Shown: positions 18,701 through 26,496, counted from the first letter of the stretch. The stretch: DNA of 64,000 bases from an uncultured Gammaproteobacteria bacterium (GCA_965230965.1 OZ246401.1:666937-730936); one strand, 5' to 3'. Notes: generated by a model from the sequence alone, not told the origin. Made by a program: numbers and translations.

Positions 18701-20745
18701 TGCCCGAAGCTTTTGCTGTAAGTCGTATGCAATTTGATGCATTAGGTAGAATGACAGCACAATATGCGCCAGATCCAGAGAAGCTTGGTAACACGCTCGA
18801 CATACCATCATCACGAACGTACTTTTTTGAACAAGGGAATAATGGTTTGGTTATACGTAATGCACAGCTAACTTCACAAACACAAGATGGTCAACGACAC
18901 TATCAATTTTCGGACACGTTCTATGATGGTATAGGTCAAATACGACAGACTCAAGTATTGCAGACAAAAGTAGACGGTAAGGATCTAAGGAAAATAAATA
19001 ACAATGAGTACCATGCTGATGGAAGCACATCAAGAAGCTATGAGATACAAACAGCGGCACCTATGAATGTTGATATAAATAATCTCGGTGCCGTGCAGCC
19101 ACAGTATATTGCAGATGCAGCAAAAGTTGTGAATTCAGAAGTCCAATTTGATGCTTTGCGCCGTCCAGTGACAGCTACAAAAATTGAGACTCTAAGCGGC
19201 AAAAAATTCACGTCCACAACAGAATATACAATTCTTGGTTCAAAGAGCACCGATCCAAATGGTGTAGAAAAGATTGCTCTTGCTGATGTATGGGGTCGTG
19301 GAAAGTATGCCTTCACACAGGATCGCTCAAAAGAAAATGTACTTTTGACGGTCAATGAATATACAAAACCACTACTTGATAAGGCAACAAAAACAACGAT
19401 CGTTGATAAAGCAGGTACAAAAACCGAATCAATTTTTGACTACGATAAATCCGGTCGTTTGCTCTTCTCGCAGGATCCATCACTCGGTCAGTACCGCTTT
19501 GAATATGATATCTACGGAAATAAAACGCTTGAGATAAGCCAGCCACGTGAGGATGTGGGGTATGAATACGACCTACTTGGAAGATTGGTAAAAAAAACAT
19601 ACTTTAGCCTGAGTCAAGGTGAGTTATATAATAAAATGGTCAGTGACGAGGTTACCTATGACTACGATAACGGTCCATTCGCATTAGGAAAGCTAACAAA
19701 GGTACATCACCTTACAGGCTCGAAGGAATTTACCTATGACGGTGGGCAACGCCTTACAAAAACACGCATAGCTACATTCTCGAATGCTAAGGATTTCACC
19801 ACAACCTACAATCAGCTCTCTCAAGAAATAGAATCAACCTATCCTGATGGAACAAAGATCAATAAAGAATACGATCGTGAAGGAAGAGTGGTAAAGATGA
19901 AGGTCGATGGAAAAGATGTCTTTACAGGAGCAATATATGATAAGTTTGGCAACCAAAGAGTCGCACAAGTACAATTCCAAGGCACTCAATACACAAATAC
20001 AAACGATTTTGACACCTTAGGGAGACTTAAAGTGCTTGGTGTATCTAAAAAAGCAGCAGCATTTGGGGTTGGCATAGTTGATCAGGATCTTATAAAACAG
20101 AACCTAAACTACAACGACTATAGCGAAATTGACACACTTGATGAAACTGTTTCTGGGCAAACAACACTTTTTGACTACGGTTATGATGGATTCTCACAAC
20201 TTACGTCCGTTAAATCACCACTATATAACACATCGTACGAATATGATTTATTTGGTCGTATGTTAAAGAAGCAAGAAAAAGATAATGTGGTGATGAAATA
20301 TTCTTCAACATATCCATTCTTTGCCCCAAAGACAGTTGAGGTTACTGGCGAAGAGCAGACTGATGTCCAGCCAACAACTAGTCCGACCCCAGCAGTACCA
20401 ACGGCAACATTAACCCCAGTCCCGTTGCCAACAAAAGGTCCTGTTGAACAAACTCTCGGACTTACTACACGCTCGTACGACATTGGTTATACAAACGAGG
20501 GTGGTATGAAAAACGATGAAAATAACTGTTACCGTTACAATCGTGAAGGTGAATTAATCTTCTTGGGGATTAAGAAAAATAAAAAAGGCATGTGTTCAGA
20601 TGATAATTTTAAGAAAATCTACATGTTCTATTATGACGAGGGTGGAGCAATGAACTTACAAGAAGAATACGATCCGGCGAATCTACAAAAACCAACAAAG
20701 CAAATTTATCTATTTGGTCAATATGAAGAAGAGGTCACTAATTAA
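15703..20745 (+). CDS. RHS/YD-repeat shell protein with an SpvB/TcB-like N-terminal region and an N-terminal dockerin-like module; no RHS core or toxin tip
   Basis: TM anchor. Double Ca-loop DTNNDGVINLFDYAVLM / DVNYDQKANALDASFML at aa 69-118. SpvB-type FSMSFDVPKGPGGLAPALGLSYSS. YD repeats YDYDKSGRLLFSQD, FEYDIYGNKT, YEYDLLGRLVKK and YEYDLFGRM. The C-terminus ...IYLFGQYEEEVTN lacks a DPxG core motif. Confidence 0.85.
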   Translation: MVNKLFKKVSSDLTLLPHKGLFVTLFLLISLLVTFELARNPVFRLTRADELNLPEGYSALEYLQALGQADTNNDGVINLFDYAVLMDQDYGKQDAFITSDVNYDQKANALDASFMLNHFYTEVDGEREKIFSSQQYIDEINKEIAMRNEDKLPQSNADDTTLSITSEEGGSEPEFGRNVIPQVLGTVSAYTGASAFSMSFDVPKGPGGLAPALGLSYSSASIDDARDNGSDGGKPFYVDASRYTPFQAGYGFSLSGVGSIIRDTKGEKEVYKLKGNLYHRYILNLPGGISAEMKYNPTTGRWVSIPQSFIKIEHRSPGKVTLGALSYLDPWDWKITTKDGTTYFFGEENIETKLAADARIHGSEDIRNAEGNLTGTKNGNLYVEFDKGQLCKGDSERDPCREREKDGKVLIVTKWLLRKVETADGRAINYTYDTQQSYLEKPWKDTSIAFVTATSYPKEITWNDGKHRARFVLEDRPDKANNGFMNNRIKEVVVETKQQDDDQYHLVRRYALGYFDLNTKTKDFLGVKAGEENEGIANEFKASFLTSVQEFGTDNTTALPPTTFKYIQYAFPPQGYHGGEIYLSNINNGYGGETRFAYQPLTVGAFDPNGKVAPGKNWRVRVIQKEVADLVANKSSRETYTYGDAVQFGENYRKAPVGEGGFALEFLGHSSVEVKQYDFDGSLLGHSETFFNQVNRGEGCFEPHPAKGQPYRQVVYRGDGKDIAQETDSVFRYRLDGQDGLNPSDGCQKDRRNQPLFLYAYDTTNVQREPAKDFVPLAFKNKVQSGGKSELRTLQRVLAHDEYGNQTLSVNYGEVDSNGHDVDTNDNRFSYAYYLTSGEKWIKGLSNLSYASTVQNCAPENLACQYGRTKSYYDNFDKNYWELTAEELQPRFGFLTQKETWIDDTHVSVEGYVYDDLSGNKNDQDLRKGGITQTYGPKPNIKTIQDARKDVMLISEKKYDPYYHTLILEEKNAAGFKKNYEDYNILIQIPTTIKTQVQNVPEAFAVSRMQFDALGRMTAQYAPDPEKLGNTLDIPSSRTYFFEQGNNGLVIRNAQLTSQTQDGQRHYQFSDTFYDGIGQIRQTQVLQTKVDGKDLRKINNNEYHADGSTSRSYEIQTAAPMNVDINNLGAVQPQYIADAAKVVNSEVQFDALRRPVTATKIETLSGKKFTSTTEYTILGSKSTDPNGVEKIALADVWGRGKYAFTQDRSKENVLLTVNEYTKPLLDKATKTTIVDKAGTKTESIFDYDKSGRLLFSQDPSLGQYRFEYDIYGNKTLEISQPREDVGYEYDLLGRLVKKTYFSLSQGELYNKMVSDEVTYDYDNGPFALGKLTKVHHLTGSKEFTYDGGQRLTKTRIATFSNAKDFTTTYNQLSQEIESTYPDGTKINKEYDREGRVVKMKVDGKDVFTGAIYDKFGNQRVAQVQFQGTQYTNTNDFDTLGRLKVLGVSKKAAAFGVGIVDQDLIKQNLNYNDYSEIDTLDETVSGQTTLFDYGYDGFSQLTSVKSPLYNTSYEYDLFGRMLKKQEKDNVVMKYSSTYPFFAPKTVEVTGEEQTDVQPTTSPTPAVPTATLTPVPLPTKGPVEQTLGLTTRSYDIGYTNEGGMKNDENNCYRYNREGELIFLGIKKNKKGMCSDDNFKKIYMFYYDEGGAMNLQEEYDPANLQKPTKQIYLFGQYEEEVTN

Positions 20746-22237
20746 GTCGATAGCGTTGCTAACTGCGTCAGTTTTTTCACTGACGTATTTTTTTCTTATC
20801 CCGTTTGCAAGAATTAATGCTTCTCACGCTCAAAATCCTGATGTTCCACAGCCGACACGAACTCCTAATGTAGAGAAGCGCATAAGCAAAGTGTATATAC
20901 CGACGGGTGCGAGCTCCACGTTTATGAAAACAAGTGAGGGTGAAGAGAATCTTCTTATTCAAGATCACATAACTTCAACACGTATCGTTGAATCAAATAA
21001 GGGTGAGGAGCAGCAGGCATATTATCCATATGGTATGACGAATGGGGAAGCAAACACGATTTCAGATAAACAGTTTACAAGCCATCGAAGTCTTGCTGAT
21101 ACGGGCGTGTATCATGCGGGTGCTCGATTCTATAATCCACAATTGGGTGTTTTTGTATCGGCAGATAAAGTGCAGGGTCCGAATAGATATATGTATGGTG
21201 CAGCGAATCCAACGCTTTACACCGATCCATCAGGAAAAATTATTCCTATTATTATCGCAGCAATTATTATTGGCGGCGCAGCATTTGGTGCTGGCTTCGG
21301 AGCGGGCTATGAACATGGGACTCAGGTAGCAAAATACGGATCAGTTAAAGAGCCGTCAAATATTATCGTGGCAGGAGTAGCTGGCGGTGCAGTCGGTGCT
21401 GGCGCAGGATATATGGGTGCCGTGGCTATTCCGGCAGCAATAGGTGCTGTCAGTACGGGAGTTGGGGCCGCAAGTGCAGTCGGCGTTATGGGTGGAGCTC
21501 AGATTGGCGTGGCGACATGCTTGGGAAATCCTAACTGCGTTAGGGCAGTTGAGTCTGGTGCTGAAATAGCTTCAGGATCAAATCTTCCACCAGGATACAG
21601 TGCCGCAAATTATATAACCTCACCATATAATCCAGGTGAGGCTTTTTATGATCCTCGCCAAGCTTCCAAAGCCGTTGATGAGCTTGTTGACTCTGTCAAT
21701 GAAGGCCGTTCAGTATTTGGTACTGTTTTGGTTAAGGGCACTTGGCAAATTGAAACAGACTATCGAATTAGAACAAGTGATATAGCTGGTCAAGATGAAG
21801 CTATTGCTAACGATATTGTAAAACGAGTGAATAGCCAACTTGCCTATGATCTAGGCAGAGCAGACTATGCTGATGGCTTAGGCTCGCTTGATGCTTTGTG
21901 GGAAGGTGGCACAGGTGTGTGTAGGCACGCTGCTAGTTTATGCACAGGAGCTGCAATGAAAATTTGGGGGGAAGATGCAGCTGAATATTTTGCCTTTAAT
22001 CGTATTCCGAAGGGTGTTGCATCGATGGGGCAAGATGCCACAGAAGGATTTGCCGCTCATGCTGTCGCGCATATAAATACTGGCTTTTTCAATGCAACTC
22101 TAGATGCATCAAATGGTTCTCGTGGTTTAGTCACAGGAATTAGTGACCTTGAATCGTATGCCAGAAATTTTGGTCAAGTTGATGGTGGTGTGAGATACTC
22201 TTTTAACAATCGCTCTGGTTCATGGGTACAAAAATAA
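20714..22237 (+). CDS. secreted RHS-repeat-associated core protein with a variable C-terminal toxin-like domain (Gly-zipper plus transglutaminase/papain-like Cys-His-Asp)
   Basis: Signal peptide (the ATG at 20723, MKKRSLIK, may be the true start). Core: LIQDHITSTRIV..YYPYG..KQFTSHR..GVYHAGARFYNPQLGVFVSADK..GPNRYMYGAANPTLYTDPSGK. Then IIAAIIIGGAAFGAGFGAG...GAGAGYMGAV, then GTGVCRHAASL...AAHAVAHIN...LDAS. Confidence 0.75.
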   Translation: MVNMKKRSLIKSIALLTASVFSLTYFFLIPFARINASHAQNPDVPQPTRTPNVEKRISKVYIPTGASSTFMKTSEGEENLLIQDHITSTRIVESNKGEEQQAYYPYGMTNGEANTISDKQFTSHRSLADTGVYHAGARFYNPQLGVFVSADKVQGPNRYMYGAANPTLYTDPSGKIIPIIIAAIIIGGAAFGAGFGAGYEHGTQVAKYGSVKEPSNIIVAGVAGGAVGAGAGYMGAVAIPAAIGAVSTGVGAASAVGVMGGAQIGVATCLGNPNCVRAVESGAEIASGSNLPPGYSAANYITSPYNPGEAFYDPRQASKAVDELVDSVNEGRSVFGTVLVKGTWQIETDYRIRTSDIAGQDEAIANDIVKRVNSQLAYDLGRADYADGLGSLDALWEGGTGVCRHAASLCTGAAMKIWGEDAAEYFAFNRIPKGVASMGQDATEGFAAHAVAHINTGFFNATLDASNGSRGLVTGISDLESYARNFGQVDGGVRYSFNNRSGSWVQK

Positions 22238-23493
22238 TAATTCTACACGAGTGTATTGCTATAATCTGTTTTCTGGGGTTTTTTACAGGTGGTGCCAATG
22301 CCCAAGAAACGACCACTCGCCTTTATATTCCAACTTCGTCTCAAACCACACTGATTAAAGAAGGGAATGAGAGCTCTATGATAGTAAAAGATTATCTAGG
22401 TTCGACAAGGCAAAAAGATTTTTATCCATATGGTACAGACGTGAAAAATACGGCAAGTACCACGGATAGACAATTTACTGGCCATAGAAATCTTGAAGAT
22501 GCACACATCTATCATGCCGGCGCACGATTCTACAGCCCTGAACTCGGTCAATTTATTCAAGCAGACGAAGCCGAAGGCCCCCAACGATACGCCTATGCAC
22601 TTAATAATCCTGTCACACACACAGATCCAACGGGGAATTGTGTCGAATGCCAACAGGAAGAACCCCAATATATCGATATCAGCGATTATTACACACAATA
22701 TGCATTGAGTCCAGAATTTAGAGGCGCAGATATCTATCAAATGCCACCAGATCAAGGCATATCAGACAGCATTTATTATCCAGTTGTAGGAGGGGCAGCC
22801 GCAGGAGCTGTTGTTGCTGGAGGTATATACGCAGCCCCTGTGGTTGCAGGCTCAGGAGTAGTTTCTTCAATAGGTAGTGCCGCGAGCACAGCGCTCGAAT
22901 ACTCTGCGGTTCAAGGAGCCATCGGCAGTGTTGGTGTGGAAGCGATAGGGCAAGGAATTCAAGGGAAATTTGATGGGGAAAAACTTGTTACACAAGGTAT
23001 TGTAGGTGCAGTTGGTGGAAAGTGGATTGGTGCGGCTCGTGGATTTATAAGTCCACGGTATGCTAGTTTAATTGAAAAAAGCCCGGCATTGGTACGTGCC
23101 GCAGCAAATACGAAAGTTGGCCATTTGGCCTATGAGTTTACGGCAGAATCTGCAATTGTATCACCACTTATTGCGTATGGGACGGCTCACGATATGAGAA
23201 AAGTTGATGGCCCTACATTTGGAAAAGCATTTCTTACGAACTACTTAGCTACAAAAGCCGGGCTTCAAGTTGCAATGTTGGGTAGATATGGTGGAGGAAA
23301 GCTGGGTGGGGTTGTGACAAAAAAAGCTTTGAACAAAATGTTTCCTCAGATTGAGGGAATACTGACAAACACGGGGACATATTTTGGGTTAACCAATCAT
23401 CTGAGAACAAACAATTCGATCCAAGAACCACTACGAAATTTGGAGGCGGCTATTGTGAAGAGTTTTATGGGAAAGGAGTCATATGCGCACTAA
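22222..23493 (+). CDS. secreted RHS-repeat-associated core protein with a variable Gly/Ala-rich C-terminal domain
   Basis: Signal peptide ...GGANAQETTTRLYIPTS. Core: VKDYLGSTR..FYPYG..RQFTGHR..IYHAGARFYSPELGQFIQADE..GPQRYAYALNNPVTHTDPTGN. The C-terminal ~280 aa is unrelated to those of the neighbouring cassettes. Confidence 0.75.
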   Translation: MGTKIIILHECIAIICFLGFFTGGANAQETTTRLYIPTSSQTTLIKEGNESSMIVKDYLGSTRQKDFYPYGTDVKNTASTTDRQFTGHRNLEDAHIYHAGARFYSPELGQFIQADEAEGPQRYAYALNNPVTHTDPTGNCVECQQEEPQYIDISDYYTQYALSPEFRGADIYQMPPDQGISDSIYYPVVGGAAAGAVVAGGIYAAPVVAGSGVVSSIGSAASTALEYSAVQGAIGSVGVEAIGQGIQGKFDGEKLVTQGIVGAVGGKWIGAARGFISPRYASLIEKSPALVRAAANTKVGHLAYEFTAESAIVSPLIAYGTAHDMRKVDGPTFGKAFLTNYLATKAGLQVAMLGRYGGGKLGGVVTKKALNKMFPQIEGILTNTGTYFGLTNHLRTNNSIQEPLRNLEAAIVKSFMGKESYAH

Positions 23494-24688
23494 ACTGGTC
23501 GTTATTCTAACTTTTTCGTATTTATTTTTATCTGTCGTGGCAACGCAACGCGTGACTTTTGCTCAAGAAACAACTACTCGCCTTTATATTCCAACATCAA
23601 ACCAAACAATGATCGTAAAAGATGCTGCAAAAACTTCTCTTGTGGTGAAAGATTATCTTGGTTCAAGTAGGGCCGTTGACCAAAACAACACGATGCAGGT
23701 AGAGGAATATTATCCATATGGTGCGGACGTGAAAGATATGGATATTGATGTAGATCGGAAGTTTACGGGCCATCGTGAGCTCGATGACGCAGGTGTCTAT
23801 CATGCCGGAGCGAGGTTTTATAATCAGGAATTAGGTATTTTTGTGCAGGCAGATAAAGTTGAAGGACCAAATAGATATGGATATGTACAAGGGAATCCAA
23901 TAAGCAATAATGACCCAACAGGACATTCTTCAAGTAATAATATGACAGAGTCACAAAGAGTTGGAAATCCTTTACCTGATTTCCCTCATGCATTGCCGCT
24001 GCAGGATATAAGATATGCGGAACTTTATAACGACCCATTATTGCCAAAGCTCGCCGAATATTATACAAAGAAAAATCCATATGATCCCGTAAAAAATAAA
24101 AAGGAATTTGTTGAATACTTATCCAAAGATATATATGAAAGTTCATCTTATAACAAAGATCTAGCAAGAATATGGAGACAACAATCAGAAGTTGAATCAA
24201 GTATTTCATATATGAGTCATATAGATCAAAGTGATGAGAGATTTAAAAATATCCCAGTAGAAACTGAACTTCAAGATTTATATCAAGCTCAGCGGGCTTA
24301 TGATAAAGAAGAAAAACAGTATCATCGTGAGTACAAAAGTCTTTCTCTAGGTCAAAGAATGGCTAATTGCAAGTCAATCTGCGCGGATTTTACAGCATTT
24401 ACCGGTTATGTCTTAGCAAAAAATGGCATTGCAACTGCCGTTGGGGGTACCGACGATTTACAACATGCCTTTGGTGTGGTTGAAATTGGAAATGTTCCTT
24501 ATGTCTATGATACAACATGGGGCGGTGGTCAAATGCATACTTTTTTTGAAGATAGAACAGGCCAGAATAAATGGAGAAGACACTATGAAACATGGGATTT
24601 CCAAACCCCCTGGGGCAATAATTTTGAATTCAACCTACAAAATACTACGGATGAGGATAAGAACGATGGTCTCTCACCATATTATTAA
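23483..24688 (+). CDS. secreted RHS-repeat-associated core protein with a variable C-terminal transglutaminase/papain-like domain
   Basis: Signal peptide ...VTFAQETTTRLYIPTS. Core: VKDYLGSSR..YYPYG..RKFTGHR..GVYHAGARFYNQELGIFVQADK..GPNRYGYVQGNPISNNDPTGH. The C-terminus has CKSICADFTAFTGYVLAKNGI...LQHAFGVVEI...YVYDTTWG (Cys/His/Asp order). Confidence 0.75.
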   Translation: MRTKLVVILTFSYLFLSVVATQRVTFAQETTTRLYIPTSNQTMIVKDAAKTSLVVKDYLGSSRAVDQNNTMQVEEYYPYGADVKDMDIDVDRKFTGHRELDDAGVYHAGARFYNQELGIFVQADKVEGPNRYGYVQGNPISNNDPTGHSSSNNMTESQRVGNPLPDFPHALPLQDIRYAELYNDPLLPKLAEYYTKKNPYDPVKNKKEFVEYLSKDIYESSSYNKDLARIWRQQSEVESSISYMSHIDQSDERFKNIPVETELQDLYQAQRAYDKEEKQYHREYKSLSLGQRMANCKSICADFTAFTGYVLAKNGIATAVGGTDDLQHAFGVVEIGNVPYVYDTTWGGGQMHTFFEDRTGQNKWRRHYETWDFQTPWGNNFEFNLQNTTDEDKNDGLSPYY

Positions 24689-24693
24689 GATAT

Positions 24694-25647
24694 TTACTTA
24701 AACTCCAACACATCCACAATCGTCTTCGCAATGAATTTGTGGCCTTCGACGGAAGGATGAATGTTGTCACTTGGGTTGACGAGCTCGCGCTTTCCTTCTT
24801 TTACACCTTCTTGTAGTGATGGGGTATAGGCATCAATCAGTGGAACGTGTAACGTTCGTGAAAGTCCTAGTACATTTTCAAGTTGTTCAATAATCTTTTC
24901 GGTATGACTCCAAGCCGTTGACGGCTCCCAATTTACCCCATTCGGTCCAAATCCAAAACCCCGGCGCATTGGTGCAATCTCAGCAAGCATGTAGACATTA
25001 GGTGTTAGTCTCTGTGCACGTTGCACAAGTTCCGTATAGCCCAACCAGTGAGCATTTCTATCATGAGGAACAAACACATTGTAGGCAAATGAACCAACAA
25101 TAATAATGTTTGGTTTTAATTCTGTAATTGCTGGGAAGCTCCGATCCATATAGCGAAGCGGCTTGTTCCATCGTTCAAGGCCATCATGAACGTTTTGTGA
25201 GCCTACACCATAGTTGTAGAGGTGAAAGGTGGTGTGGGGATAGCGTTCAAGTAGCTCATGCTCAAGATATTCTAATCGTTCACCCATGGTGTCAACCATA
25301 GAATCACCATAAATTGCGATTGAATATTCCTGTCGTGGAGGTTGTGGATATGATGTTGGTTCGGGCGTGAGATTTTCTGTCGGTTCTTCAACATGTTCGT
25401 CTTCAGTGCCCAGGACAGCACTCTCAACAGTAGCTTCTTGTGGCTCTTTTGGTTTTTCAGCACTCGAATCTTCTTCATACGCAAGTGGAGAAGTAACAGA
25501 TGTCGGGAGTGATGCTTCTTTTAGATATGTGTTAAGGCTAATGCCACCATAGCCAAGGGCCAACATCACCAAAAATCCTGCCTGAATGGCTAAAATTCCG
25601 ATATGTTTTTTGACTGATTGCAGCGAAGGCTCGCCGAAGTTAAACAT
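24694..25647 (-). CDS. SGNH/GDSL-type hydrolase, membrane-anchored
   Basis: Block I IAIYGDSMVD and block V SDNIHPSVEGH, with an N-terminal TM helix. The first 30 aa of the ORF-track model are antisense to tRNA-Leu, so the start was moved to the ATG at 25647 (MFNFGEP). Confidence 0.75.
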   Translation of the reverse strand: MFNFGEPSLQSVKKHIGILAIQAGFLVMLALGYGGISLNTYLKEASLPTSVTSPLAYEEDSSAEKPKEPQEATVESAVLGTEDEHVEEPTENLTPEPTSYPQPPRQEYSIAIYGDSMVDTMGERLEYLEHELLERYPHTTFHLYNYGVGSQNVHDGLERWNKPLRYMDRSFPAITELKPNIIIVGSFAYNVFVPHDRNAHWLGYTELVQRAQRLTPNVYMLAEIAPMRRGFGFGPNGVNWEPSTAWSHTEKIIEQLENVLGLSRTLHVPLIDAYTPSLQEGVKEGKRELVNPSDNIHPSVEGHKFIAKTIVDVLEFK

Positions 25648-25667
25648 GCTATGAGTATAGCAAAAAA

Positions 25668-25751
25668 TGGTGCCGGAGAGAGGACTCGAACCTCCATGTC
25701 TTGCGACACACGCTTCTGAAGCGTGCGCGTCTACCATTTCGCCACCCCGGC
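25668..25751 (-). tRNA. tRNA-Leu (anticodon CAG), CCA encoded
   Basis: Hand-folded: acceptor gccgggg/ctccggc, anticodon stem cacgc/gcgtg with loop ttCAGaa, long variable arm, T-arm ggagg-ttcgagt-cctct, 3' acca. Confidence 0.85.
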
Positions 25752-25774
25752 TTCTTGTGGAGCTGAAAATACAG

Positions 25775-25780
25775 TATACT
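25775..25780 (+). promoter_or_regulatory. -10 box TATACT 7 nt upstream of the pth ATG
   Basis: acagTATACTacattctATG. The palindromic AGTATACT could also serve the divergent tRNA-Leu. Confidence 0.35.
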
Positions 25781-25787
25781 ACATTCT

Positions 25788-26324
25788 ATGAAACTACTTG
25801 TTGGGCTCGGGAATCCGGGAGAAAAGTATGCGAAAAACCGCCATAATGTTGGGTTTATGTTTTTAGATATACTGGCAGGTGAAGCGACCTGGCGCGAGGA
25901 AAAGAAAATCCATGGCATGGTAGCAGAAGTTGAAATTGAGGGAGAGAAATGTATTTTACTAAAGCCGAATACGTTTATGAATGATAGTGGGCAGGCAGTT
26001 GCTGCTGTTGTGAATTTCTATAAATTAACAAAAGACAATATATTTGTCGTGCATGATGATTTAGATATTGTTTTTGGTGCATGGAAAATACAAAAAGATA
26101 AGGGTCCAAAAATTCATAACGGGATTCTGTCGATAGAGGAGCATTTGGGCAGCACTGATTTTTGGCGAGTGCGTGTTGGTGTTGATGGTCGCGATCCTGA
26201 AAATAGAATGGAAGGTCACGCATATGTCTTGCAGGATTTTAGTAGCGAGGAAATTGTGGAATTAAAGGGAAACGTATTCGATAAAATTGGTGAGGAAATA
26301 AAAATCCGCCTTGCGGCGGATTAG
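25788..26324 (+). CDS. pth: peptidyl-tRNA hydrolase
   Basis: MKLLVGLGNPGEKYAKNRHNVGFM and VVHDDLD signatures. 178 aa. Confidence 0.95.
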   Translation: MKLLVGLGNPGEKYAKNRHNVGFMFLDILAGEATWREEKKIHGMVAEVEIEGEKCILLKPNTFMNDSGQAVAAVVNFYKLTKDNIFVVHDDLDIVFGAWKIQKDKGPKIHNGILSIEEHLGSTDFWRVRVGVDGRDPENRMEGHAYVLQDFSSEEIVELKGNVFDKIGEEIKIRLAAD

Positions 26325-26339
26325 TGTCTAGAGATTGAT

Positions 26340-26373
26340 CCAAGATTCTCTAATTATAGAAGATTCTTGGTTT
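26340..26373 (+). terminator. probable intrinsic terminator after pth
   Basis: ccaagattct...agaagattcttgg imperfect ~10-bp stem followed by ttt, starting 15 nt after the pth stop. Confidence 0.5.
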
Positions 26374-26387
26374 ATGTCAATCTGATA

Positions 26388-26459
26388 GTGTGGAGGTGAG
26401 GGGAGTTGAACCCCTGCTCTTGATTTCTTGGATCAATTGCTCACCTGACACCCCCACAC
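26388..26459 (-). ncRNA. tRNA-like element lacking a canonical D-arm (degenerate tRNA or other structured RNA)
   Basis: Minus strand reads gtgtGGGGGTGtcaggtgagcaaTTGATccaagaaATCAAgagcAGGGGttcaactCCCCTCACCTCCacac. It has a good T-arm, a 7-bp acceptor extendable to 11 bp, and an anticodon-like hairpin. Only 12 nt occupy the position where a D-arm should be. Confidence 0.3.
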
Positions 26460-26496
26460 CAACGCTAGAATAGCAAACGATTATTAAATTAAACTT

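Noticed and set aside
20714-20745. Programmed +1 frameshift fusing the RHS shell to the first core-toxin cassette, given the 32-nt overlap.
   Set aside because: The downstream ORF begins with a typical signal peptide (MKKRSLIKSIALLTASVF...), as do the next two cassettes. I see no slippery heptamer. Independent translation is the simpler reading. An assembly frameshift is still listed as a refutation test for the main finding.
26388-26459. Could the structured element after pth be SRP (4.5S) RNA or the 3' tRNA-like end of tmRNA?
   Set aside because: It has GUCAGGU and AGCAG strings reminiscent of SRP helix 8, but no GNRA-capped helix, and a T-arm that SRP RNA lacks. For tmRNA, the required ~300-nt upstream body would fall inside the nfo coding sequence.
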